Positions 1-8,661 of a stretch of DNA of 60,955 nt are shown piece after piece. The position numbers and the translations under genes were made by a program. Under the pieces are notes generated by a model, which worked only from the letters and a program-made list of their open reading frames with translations, had not been told where the DNA came from and did no database searches. This stretch comes from a virus (Duplodnaviria; Caudoviricetes), in the IMG/VR virus record IMGVR_UViG_3300042465_004842, positions 1 to 60,955 of that record; one strand, given 5' to 3'. Positions within the stretch are counted from its first letter, which is position 1. Every line of letters begins with the position of its first letter.

Positions 1-127
1 GTCCTAGTGTTGCCGGTTATGGGGGTCGCTTACATGGACATGAACAACGCTACTGCTAGGGCGATGGAAGAAACAAGGAAGATGCGTGAATTACGCGCCA
101 AGATACTACTAGAATTGCAGGGGGAAT
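1..127. repeat. Terminal direct repeat, copy 1 (circular assembly overlap)
   Basis: 1..127 is identical to 60829..60955. The length is typical of an assembler k-mer, and an ORF reads through the junction. Confidence 0.95.
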
Positions 128-128
128 A

Positions 129-644
129 ATGCTTACAGTGCTTTCTACACTTATATCGTTCTTAATGGGCGGTGTGCCAAAAATATTCGACTTCTTGCAA
201 GACCGCTCAGACAAAAAGCATGAGATTCAACTAGCCCAGATGCAGACAGAGCGCGAGCTACAACTAGCCGCCGCAGGGTACGCTGCCCAACAACAGATCG
301 AAGCAATCAAGCTAGATGAGATACGGACGCAAACCGCGTCGGACGAGAAAATATCTCTTGTGGATGCGCAAAAAGCTGAGATGAACGCGATTTACGCCCA
401 CGATATGTCGTTAAACGAGGGTACAAGTCAATGGATGAAAGACCTACGCGCATCGGTTCGCCCTGTAATTACTTACGGTTTCTTCTTCCTGCTGGTGGGC
501 ATTGACGGTGTGTTGGCTTACAAAGGACTTACAAGCGGCACAGACTTTGTTCAGTTAGCCGATCAGTTGTGGGACAACGAGACTCAGGCGCTGTTTGCTG
601 CTATAATAAGCTTCCATTTTGGAGGCAGGGCTTTCGGAAAATGA
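129..644 (+). CDS. Putative holin (3TM/GTA-holin-like)
   Basis: Hydrophobic N-terminus, coiled coil, 'LRASVRPVITY' followed by a TM segment, C-terminal 'FHFGGRAFGK'; lies upstream of the lysozyme. Confidence 0.7.
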   Translation: MLTVLSTLISFLMGGVPKIFDFLQDRSDKKHEIQLAQMQTERELQLAAAGYAAQQQIEAIKLDEIRTQTASDEKISLVDAQKAEMNAIYAHDMSLNEGTSQWMKDLRASVRPVITYGFFFLLVGIDGVLAYKGLTSGTDFVQLADQLWDNETQALFAAIISFHFGGRAFGK

Positions 645-1123
645 CTATCGGGTTATATGCAGTGGTTAATAAGCGCACGGGCCAAACTTATGTTGGTAGC
701 AGCAAACACGTTGAGCTGCGGCTTATACACCAAAAATCTTTTTTGAAAACAGGGCATCCGTGCATGATTGCGGCGCTTAAAGGCAAGCCTGTGGACATAG
801 AAGATTTTGAATTTCGTATTTTGGCTAAAACAGCCACCATAGAAGAAGCGCGCGAACTTGAAACCGCTTTCCTTGAAACTTTTTGGGGGGATTGGCTATA
901 CAACAAAGCCCCCCACGCTAACGGTTCTTCTGGGGTTAAGCGCGATCATGCTGTGTATTCGGAAGGCGCTAAAAAGCAGTGGGCTGACCCAGAACAAAGA
1001 ACTAAAAAAATGCAAGCTATGCGGGGGAAAAGGCAGTTAGTAACGTGCCCGCACTGCGGCAAGGAAGGCGGTGGAGGGAATATGCGCAGATACCACTTTG
1101 ATAGGTGTCGCCATGCCAGTTAG
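641..1123 (+). CDS. GIY-YIG family homing endonuclease
   Basis: GLY..(TGQT)YVG motif, conserved Arg and Glu, 'LYN', C-terminal CPHC..H...C zinc finger. ATG at 641 overlaps the holin stop (ATGA). Confidence 0.8.
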   Translation: MTIGLYAVVNKRTGQTYVGSSKHVELRLIHQKSFLKTGHPCMIAALKGKPVDIEDFEFRILAKTATIEEARELETAFLETFWGDWLYNKAPHANGSSGVKRDHAVYSEGAKKQWADPEQRTKKMQAMRGKRQLVTCPHCGKEGGGGNMRRYHFDRCRHAS

Positions 1124-1595
1124 CAAAAAAACTCTTGAATGCATAAAACACCACGAAGGGGTAAGGACTAAACCTTACCGTTGTCCTGCTAAGTTGTGGA
1201 CGATTGGCGTGGGGCATGTGATCGACCCAAACCACGGTAGGTTAAAGATCGAAGACAGGGTAGGATTACCTTGTCCAGAAGGTTGGAACCGCACATTTAC
1301 ATTGGAAGAAGTCAATGCCATACTTGCAAAAGACCTTGAAAGGTTCGAGCGCGGAGTTCTTAAATATTGTCCTAACGCTGGCGCTCGTCAAAGCTGGTTG
1401 GACGCTCTGGTTAGCTTCTCATTTAATGTAGGCTTAGGAACTTTGCAACGCAGCACACTGCGACAGAAACACAACCGGGGCGACTACCAAGGCGCAGCCG
1501 ACGAATTTTTAAAGTATTGCAAAGCGGGGGGTAAGGTCTTAAAAGGCTTAGAGAACCGCCGCAAAGACGAACGCGCCTTATATCTAGGAGCATGA
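1113..1595 (+). CDS. Endolysin, GH24 phage lysozyme
   Basis: HEG..KPYRCPA..WTIGVGH (E-C-T catalytic triad), DALVSFSFNVG, GLENRRKDE; start placed at 1113. Confidence 0.93.
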   Translation: MPVSKKTLECIKHHEGVRTKPYRCPAKLWTIGVGHVIDPNHGRLKIEDRVGLPCPEGWNRTFTLEEVNAILAKDLERFERGVLKYCPNAGARQSWLDALVSFSFNVGLGTLQRSTLRQKHNRGDYQGAADEFLKYCKAGGKVLKGLENRRKDERALYLGA

Positions 1596-1596
1596 G

Positions 1597-1767
1597 ATGA
1601 AGAAAAAGCAAGTGTGGGACAAACCCCGGCCCGCGGGCCTCGGACCATCAAAGAAGTTGAGCTCGAATCAGAAAAAGGCAGCTAAGGCATTTGCTAAAAA
1701 AACGGGTACAGTTTATCCTTCTCTGGTAGCAAATATGCAAGGTGCAAAAGCAAAAAAGGGTAAGTAA
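1597..1767 (+). CDS. Small Lys-rich protein (56 aa, below the ORF-track cutoff)
   Basis: AGGAG upstream; MKKKQVWDKPRP...YPSLVANMQGAKAKKGK; stop codon abuts the next ATG. Confidence 0.7.
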   Translation: MKKKQVWDKPRPAGLGPSKKLSSNQKKAAKAFAKKTGTVYPSLVANMQGAKAKKGK

Positions 1768-3909
1768 ATGCCGCTCAAATCATTGCGTTTTAAGCCGGGT
1801 ATTGTCAAAGAGGTTACCTCGCTATCCAATGAAAATGGGTGGTTTAATGGTGACAAGATACGCTTTCGCTTTGGTTTTCCGGAGAAGATTGGTGGTTGGA
1901 TTCGCCTGTCTGACGTTACGTTTCTTGGCACGTGCCGTTCCTTGTGGAACTGGACTACACTCAATGGTAATAACTTACTAAGTGTTGGCACAAATATTAA
2001 ATTCTATATTGAAGAAGGTGGCGCGTTTTACGATATCACGCCACTTCGCGCCACAGTTAGTCCTATGCTTGGCGCGCAGCCTCCTGCTAGTGGTAATCCT
2101 TTCACTACTAATACGACTAGTGGTACGGCAAATAGGGTACTGGTAACAGACAATAATCATGGTGCGTCTACGGGCGACTATGTGACATTCTCTGGCGCTA
2201 CTGCGGTTGGTGGCTTGAATTTAAACAACCAGTATCAAATAACCTACGTCAATACAAACCAATACACCATTATTGCGTCATCTAATGCTACGTCGGTAGC
2301 TACTGGCGGTGGTGTGGCGGTTGTTGCGAAGTATCAAATAAGTATTGGTCTTCCCATATACGAGCAGATTACCGGCTGGAATGCGGGTGCGTGGGGCGGG
2401 ACCGTGGACAACGAACCTATTACGTTGTTGGATGGCGCGATTGATGCGGTGGTTACTACCATCACAGTAGACAGCACTACGGCATATGCAGCAACGGGAA
2501 CCCTGTTAATTGATAGCGAATTAATTACTTACACTGGCAAGACCTCTACTTCGTTTACAGGATGTGTGCGTGGCGCGTTAGGTACGACTGCTGCCTCTCA
2601 TATAGATAATACGATTGTTTACGATGCCACTGAATATGGCGCGTGGGGTGAATCGTACTCTGTAGGCCAAGGTCAACAGTTACGACTGTGGAGTCAAAGT
2701 AACTACGGTGAAGATCTGGTATTTAGCCCACGCGGTGGTGCTTTGTATTACTGGCAACCAAGTGGCAATGTGGTAGCAGCTGCGGATACTGTTGGTACGC
2801 TGATCTCTGGTACGGATGTCCCCTCTGTTCTAAATCAAGTGATGGTGTCTGACGCAACGCGAATTACGATTGCGTTTGGATGCAATGATTATGGCGCGTA
2901 CGATTCAACGATCCAAGATCCGATGTTGATTCGTTGGTCTGATCAAGAGAATGTAAATCAATGGACTCCTGCTGCGACAAACCAAGCAGGTAGTTATCGT
3001 TTGAGTCGTGGCTCTGAGATCGTTGAAGCGATACAGACACGTCAAGAGATTTTGGTTTGGACGGATGCTGCGTTGTACGCGATGCAGTACCTAGGACCTC
3101 CGTTTGTGTGGGGCTTTACGATTGTGGCGGACAATATTTCTATTGTTTCTCCTAATGCTGCAGCAACGGCTAACAATATTACGTACTGGATGGGTACGGA
3201 TAAATTCTATTTCTATTCAGGTAGAACAGAAACCCTTCCTTGTGCTTTGCGTCGCTATGTATTTGAAGATATCAATATGTCTCAGTCGTACCAGTTCTTC
3301 TCTGGTACAAACGAAGGCTTTAACGAGGTATGGTGGTTCTACTGCTCGGAAGACTCTACGTTAATTGATAGGTATGTTGTATTCAACTACCTAGAGAATT
3401 CGTGGTACTACGGTAACTTATCGCGGACCGCGTGGCTTGATAGCTCACTACGTAAGTCACCGATTGCGGCAACGATTACTCCTGATAGTTTTATTCTGCA
3501 GCATGAGACGGGTGTGGATGATGGTGCAACCTCTCCACCTACACCGATTGAGGCGTACATTGAGTCCGCTTACTTTGATATTGATGATGGCGATTCGTTT
3601 GCGTTTGTGCGCAGACTGTTGCCTGATGTGACGTTTGAGGGATCGGATGTTACTTCTCCTGAGGTGACGTTTGAATTGAATGCCTTGCAAAACAGCGGAT
3701 CAGGATATAACTCTCCTGCGTCGCTAGGTGGTAGTAATTCTGCTGATGTAGTGAGGACATCCAGTGTGCCTGTAGAGAAATTCACAGGGCAGGTATTTAT
3801 TCGTGTGCGTGGTCGTGAGATGGCAATTAAAGTGTCATCCAATGGATTAGGTACGCAATGGCAGCTAGGTACTCCGCGCATTGATATTCGTCCGGATGGT
3901 CGTAGATGA
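1768..3909 (+). CDS. Virion tail hub / DNA-stabilisation (P22 gp10-like) protein
   Basis: 713 aa, beta-rich, 'LIRWSDQEN..W', C-terminal 'WQLG..RIDIRPDGRR'; sits before the ejection proteins. Confidence 0.7.
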   Translation: MPLKSLRFKPGIVKEVTSLSNENGWFNGDKIRFRFGFPEKIGGWIRLSDVTFLGTCRSLWNWTTLNGNNLLSVGTNIKFYIEEGGAFYDITPLRATVSPMLGAQPPASGNPFTTNTTSGTANRVLVTDNNHGASTGDYVTFSGATAVGGLNLNNQYQITYVNTNQYTIIASSNATSVATGGGVAVVAKYQISIGLPIYEQITGWNAGAWGGTVDNEPITLLDGAIDAVVTTITVDSTTAYAATGTLLIDSELITYTGKTSTSFTGCVRGALGTTAASHIDNTIVYDATEYGAWGESYSVGQGQQLRLWSQSNYGEDLVFSPRGGALYYWQPSGNVVAAADTVGTLISGTDVPSVLNQVMVSDATRITIAFGCNDYGAYDSTIQDPMLIRWSDQENVNQWTPAATNQAGSYRLSRGSEIVEAIQTRQEILVWTDAALYAMQYLGPPFVWGFTIVADNISIVSPNAAATANNITYWMGTDKFYFYSGRTETLPCALRRYVFEDINMSQSYQFFSGTNEGFNEVWWFYCSEDSTLIDRYVVFNYLENSWYYGNLSRTAWLDSSLRKSPIAATITPDSFILQHETGVDDGATSPPTPIEAYIESAYFDIDDGDSFAFVRRLLPDVTFEGSDVTSPEVTFELNALQNSGSGYNSPASLGGSNSADVVRTSSVPVEKFTGQVFIRVRGREMAIKVSSNGLGTQWQLGTPRIDIRPDGRR

Positions 3910-5303
3910 CAACATCTATTATCACGATTGAAGGGGATGTACTAACACAAACCACCCCTCCTGCGTTACCTCACGCTCCTGATCAATATAACCGTCAATA
4001 TCAGGATCAATTAAATAACGTGTTGAGGCTGTACTTCAACACATTAAACAACCTATTGAGTCAACTTATGGCTAACACTTCGACACTGCCTATATCAATA
4101 GGTGGCACTAATACAGATGCCTTTGGTAGGTTGCGTGTAAGTCAGCCATACACATTGTTTGATAGCCAAAGTCGGTACGCTGCGGATATTCAGTTTGATA
4201 CAGCGCTAACTGGCACAGGTTCATCTACTTTTAACACAAACCAGAGTAGCGTTAGTTTGGCGGTAACAGGTGGTGGTGTAGGGTCGGTGGTGCGCCAAAC
4301 GTATCGCGTGTTTCCGTATCAGCCCGGTAAAAGCTTGTTGGTATTAGCTACGTTTGTCATGGACAACGGAACATCCGCTAATTTAAACCAAAAGGTTGGA
4401 TACTTTAATACGGATAATGGTGTATTTTTTCGACGCACCGCTGGGGTTAATTCTTTTGTTGTGCGCACTAACACGACAGGTACTCCCTCCGATGCTAGAT
4501 CAGTAAATCAGTCTGCGTGGAACGGGGACAAGTTAGATGGCACTGGAGCTAGTGGTCTTACCTTAGATCTAACAAAACCACAGATCCTATGGATGGATTT
4601 TGAATGGCTAGGTGTTGGCTCTGTACGCTGTGGTTTTATTATTAACGGTGCGTATATAGTTTGCCACACGTTTGAGACATCTAATGTGTATGGAACTACT
4701 GTTTACATGACCACAGCTATCCTGCCAGTGCGCTACGAAATTACTACGACTACAGCGGCAGTTGCGGCAACACTTACACAGGTTTGTAGTTCCGTTATGT
4801 CTGAGGGTGGGTTTGAGCAAACCTCTCTTGACCATGTGGCGCGACGCACCACAGTATTTACTAACATAGATACCACAGCAACTTTCTTCCCTATCGTATC
4901 TATACGCCTAGCCTCTGGAAGAACAGGTGCTGTGGTACTGCCTAATCGTATTCAGTTTTTACCGTTGACGAATCAAAATTACGAAATAGTGTTGTTAAAG
5001 AATCCAACGCTAACAGGAGCTACTTGGGCAGCTACGGTTCCCTCTGACAGTAATGTAGAGTTTGATGTGGCAGCTACGGCTATTTCCGCTACGGGGACAA
5101 TCGCTCAAACAGACTATATAACTGCTAGTGGAAGTGCGGGTGTTAGTGAAACTAGTGCGCCAACGGGATATAACTGGGATTTGCAATTAGGGGTATCTCT
5201 AGCTGGTGTCAGCGATATATATACATTAGCAGTTCGTACTGTGGATGGAGCTACAAAAGGTAGTGGTGTTGGGTCGCTTTCTTTCTATGATTTAACCCAA
5301 TAG
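3906..5303 (+). CDS. Virion structural protein
   Basis: N-terminal 'PALP.AP..Y....QDQLNNVLRLYFN' segment joined to a beta-rich domain starting 'DAFGRLRVSQPYTLFDS'. Confidence 0.6.
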   Translation: MTTSIITIEGDVLTQTTPPALPHAPDQYNRQYQDQLNNVLRLYFNTLNNLLSQLMANTSTLPISIGGTNTDAFGRLRVSQPYTLFDSQSRYAADIQFDTALTGTGSSTFNTNQSSVSLAVTGGGVGSVVRQTYRVFPYQPGKSLLVLATFVMDNGTSANLNQKVGYFNTDNGVFFRRTAGVNSFVVRTNTTGTPSDARSVNQSAWNGDKLDGTGASGLTLDLTKPQILWMDFEWLGVGSVRCGFIINGAYIVCHTFETSNVYGTTVYMTTAILPVRYEITTTTAAVAATLTQVCSSVMSEGGFEQTSLDHVARRTTVFTNIDTTATFFPIVSIRLASGRTGAVVLPNRIQFLPLTNQNYEIVLLKNPTLTGATWAATVPSDSNVEFDVAATAISATGTIAQTDYITASGSAGVSETSAPTGYNWDLQLGVSLAGVSDIYTLAVRTVDGATKGSGVGSLSFYDLTQ

Positions 5304-5376
5304 ACTAGAAAAAAAGACACTAAACTGGTACGATTTGTCAACTTTATTATGGCGTAAATAGGCCAAAGGAACGGAA

Positions 5377-7809
5377 ATGGCGGACAATCAAGCAGGCATC
5401 ATGACATTACCAGAAAACCAAGATATGCAGAAACTGAGCATATATGATTCTTATGATGCTACTAATGAGGCATTGACTGCTGCCCGTCCTGATGTTGCGC
5501 AGGATATTGATGCAGAAATGGCTCCTTTGCAGGGTATTGCCGATGATCTTACTGACGAACAGTTAGATCTAATAATCGAGCTAGTTCAATACCTTTACGA
5601 GAATAAAGAAGAATACGCAAAGAACATTGCCGAACTTTCAACAGATAGCGGTTTAGAAGGTGTATTTCCTCCGGAATATGACCCTGAGTTTCTGACTACG
5701 TTCGGTTCTATTTTACTAAGAGAACGTAAATCACGCGGCGCGGACCAGCCTCCATTTCCCGAGAAATTTGCGCTTGGCGGCATTGCTGATGCAGCGCGGA
5801 TCGTGGCTAACCAAGGTCGCTATGGCGATACGATGCTGGCGCATATCACACCTGAAGAAGCTCGTATGCTTCGCAGACAAGGTGGATCTGGCACGATTAA
5901 CCCAGTTACAGGACTACCTGAGTACTGGAACCCTATTAAAGCGGTTAAGAGTGCATTTAAAAGTGTAGCTAAGGGTGTCAGTAGTGCTTGGAAAGCGACT
6001 GTTGGAAAAGTACTAAGTACCGTAGCAAGTGCGACTAAGAAAGTACTGGCTAGTCCAATAGGTCGAATGGCGGCAACTATTGCCCTGACCGCGGCTCTTG
6101 GTCCTAGCGGATATGCGATTATGAGCAGCACATGGGCTGCATCCGCCGCTGCTTCTGCGACAGTTACGTTAGCTTCTGGCGGAAGTGCTAAAGATGCGCT
6201 TAAAGCTGCAGCGTTTTCTGCAATAGCCGCTCCTGACGGTATAGTTGGAAGCTATATAGGACCTACTACCCAAGCGTGGGCAGGAACAAATGAATTTGCT
6301 AAAGCAGCTATGCAGTTTGGTACGAGTGCGGCTGCAACTACTACGGCGGGATTACTTACTGGTCAGAATTTGGAAGAATCAGTTAAACAAGGTTTAACCT
6401 CCGCAGCAATAGCTACTGGGGTGGATCTCGCACAAAAAGGGGTATCAAGTTTTAAATCGGCTAGTGATGAAATAACAGCTGAAGCCGCAAAAAACCAAAG
6501 CTATGCAAAAGTAGCGCAGGACACTGCTTTAAGAAATGCACAAGAAACAGGAAATGCTTTTCTTTCCCCAAGCCAAAGCGTACTTGCTAGTGCAGATGAT
6601 GTATTAATGGGTGGTCGTGCTGGTACTCCATCAACAAGTACCATGCAAGCAGATGCGATTAATGCCGCGACTAATTTTGGAAATCCTCCAGTTAATGCAG
6701 AATTTGCGGCCCCTTCTTATGGTCTTAGTGGTAAGGCTCCCGGATTTGTTCCTCCTTCTGGGACAACATCTGTCGGATTAGCTACACCGCCTAGATTGTC
6801 CGATACCGTAGGTAATTTGGATCTTGGGGGATTTAGCTCCTCTGGTGCTACTCCTGTTGCAGCAGGCACTCCTACTACCACAGGTGGAGTTCCAGAGATA
6901 GGGGCCTCCATTAAGAAAATTGGTGGAGGTATTGCGGATTTTGCTCAAGGTAACTTCAAGCAGGGATTTAACGATGTTGTACAAGGCGGAGAGGATTTGT
7001 TCTTCCCTTCGGGCCCCTCTCCAGAACAAGTTGCAGCAATTGAGGCTAGACTCCCTAACTCACCTAAAGCAGCACAGGCAGCTATTGATAAAATTACTCC
7101 GGGCACGTTCCGTACTTATGGCCCGGGGACAGCGGCTGCTTTAGGTATCGCTGGTCTTAGTGGTGCGTTTGACGCTCCAGAGCCTCCTCCCTCTGAGCAA
7201 AGAACATTGCTTTCTGGTACTCCCGGTGAGGATAGAATTACCGCAAATCCTGCTGATTATGTTGTGCAAGGCATGCCGGGGATAAATTACGGGGAAAAAG
7301 GCGAGATTCTTGCTCCTTCGCCACAAGCTCCTAGGGTTGCCACTATAGAAGATATTCGTGTAGCCCCATCCGGCGACGCACTTACAATGCAGGATATAGC
7401 TAGGCCGACTACGCCTTATGGCATGGACTCTATGCAAGCGCAGAATCAAGAGGTATTTGTAAACCCATTCCAGCAATACTATGAGCAACAATATTTGCCC
7501 TCCCAGTATCGTCCTAGGTATTATGCTATGGGCGGTATTACTAGTTTGTCTGCTCCTATGCAAGCGCCTCCTCCTGCAGGAATCGCTTCACTAAGAGATG
7601 GTGGCAATAGTAACTACCCGCGGCGCACGGGCCAAATAGCTGGGCCCGGCACAGAGAAATCTGATTCAATCCCAGCTATGTTATCTGATGGTGAGTTTGT
7701 AATGACTGCAGCAGCGGTTCGTGGTCTTGGAAAAGGTAGCCGTAGAGAGGGCGCAAAGCGCATGTATGCTTTAATGCATCAACTTGAAAGAAACGCTGCA
7801 CGAGGATAA
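5377..7809 (+). CDS. Internal virion / DNA-ejection protein
   Basis: Ala/Gly-rich with hydrophobic segments, 'GDTMLAHITPEEA..L...GGSGTINP.TGLPEY', C-terminal 'GPGTEKSDSIPAMLSDGEFV'. Confidence 0.65.
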   Translation: MADNQAGIMTLPENQDMQKLSIYDSYDATNEALTAARPDVAQDIDAEMAPLQGIADDLTDEQLDLIIELVQYLYENKEEYAKNIAELSTDSGLEGVFPPEYDPEFLTTFGSILLRERKSRGADQPPFPEKFALGGIADAARIVANQGRYGDTMLAHITPEEARMLRRQGGSGTINPVTGLPEYWNPIKAVKSAFKSVAKGVSSAWKATVGKVLSTVASATKKVLASPIGRMAATIALTAALGPSGYAIMSSTWAASAAASATVTLASGGSAKDALKAAAFSAIAAPDGIVGSYIGPTTQAWAGTNEFAKAAMQFGTSAAATTTAGLLTGQNLEESVKQGLTSAAIATGVDLAQKGVSSFKSASDEITAEAAKNQSYAKVAQDTALRNAQETGNAFLSPSQSVLASADDVLMGGRAGTPSTSTMQADAINAATNFGNPPVNAEFAAPSYGLSGKAPGFVPPSGTTSVGLATPPRLSDTVGNLDLGGFSSSGATPVAAGTPTTTGGVPEIGASIKKIGGGIADFAQGNFKQGFNDVVQGGEDLFFPSGPSPEQVAAIEARLPNSPKAAQAAIDKITPGTFRTYGPGTAAALGIAGLSGAFDAPEPPPSEQRTLLSGTPGEDRITANPADYVVQGMPGINYGEKGEILAPSPQAPRVATIEDIRVAPSGDALTMQDIARPTTPYGMDSMQAQNQEVFVNPFQQYYEQQYLPSQYRPRYYAMGGITSLSAPMQAPPPAGIASLRDGGNSNYPRRTGQIAGPGTEKSDSIPAMLSDGEFVMTAAAVRGLGKGSRREGAKRMYALMHQLERNAARG

Positions 7810-7812
7810 GAC

Positions 7813-8652
7813 ATGGCAGAAGAAACCCAGATCGTCCGGGAAGCCCCGGAAATTGAGGCCTATAAACTAGGCCTTTTAAAGTCAGCTAAAGGACTTGTTG
7901 AGACTAATGCGCAGCAACCTGCTTATCAAGTTGCAGGGATGTCTCAAGCGCAACAGCAAGCACTGACTCAAGGTCAACAAGGTATCGGCGCGTATATGCC
8001 GTATCTGACCGGAGCTGCAGGTATGCTTGGCGGGGCTACGCAACAGTTTAATCAAGCTGATGCGCAGCGGTTCATGAACCCGTATCAGCAGCAGGTTATT
8101 GACCAATCATTACAACAGATTAATCGCCAAGGTGACATTGCTAGACAAAACCTACAAGCCCAAGCAGTACGTGCTGGTGCATTTGGTGGTAGCCGTGAGG
8201 GCATTCAACGTGCTGAATTAGAGCGTGGTTTAGCTGATCAGCGTAATCAGACAATTATGGGTGGACTACAGCAAGGCTACACTCAGTCACTAGCTGCATC
8301 AGAGGCTGAAAAAAACAGATTATTGCAGGGCACTCAAGCGGGGGCAGGTATTGCTTCGTTACAGCAACAGTTAGGTCAAGGTGATGTCAACTTCTTGTAC
8401 AACTTGGGACAATCACAGCAACGTCAGAGCCAAGCAGAATTGGACGCGCTCCGCGCAACAAACTTACAACAGACTATGCAGCCGTTCCAGAATCTTGCAT
8501 TCTTGTCGGATATCTACAAAGGCGCACCGTCCACGCAAATGACAGCAGGCACAGTAACTCAGCCTGCTCCAAGCCCATTTCAGCAATTTACAGGCTTGGC
8601 AACGGGTCTGGTAGCAGGGGCAGGAGCAGCTAAAATGGCAGGCGTACTCTAA
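7813..8652 (+). CDS. Internal virion / DNA-transfer (pilot) protein
   Basis: Gln-rich, 'FMNPYQQQVI', 'AGAFGGSR', hydrophobic Gly/Ala C-terminus. Confidence 0.7.
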   Translation: MAEETQIVREAPEIEAYKLGLLKSAKGLVETNAQQPAYQVAGMSQAQQQALTQGQQGIGAYMPYLTGAAGMLGGATQQFNQADAQRFMNPYQQQVIDQSLQQINRQGDIARQNLQAQAVRAGAFGGSREGIQRAELERGLADQRNQTIMGGLQQGYTQSLAASEAEKNRLLQGTQAGAGIASLQQQLGQGDVNFLYNLGQSQQRQSQAELDALRATNLQQTMQPFQNLAFLSDIYKGAPSTQMTAGTVTQPAPSPFQQFTGLATGLVAGAGAAKMAGVL

Positions 8653-8661
8653 GGAATTAAA

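Noticed and set aside
1-127. Biological direct terminal repeat
   Set aside because: It is exactly 127 bp (a common assembler k-mer) and falls inside an ORF, so it is best read as a circular assembly overlap.
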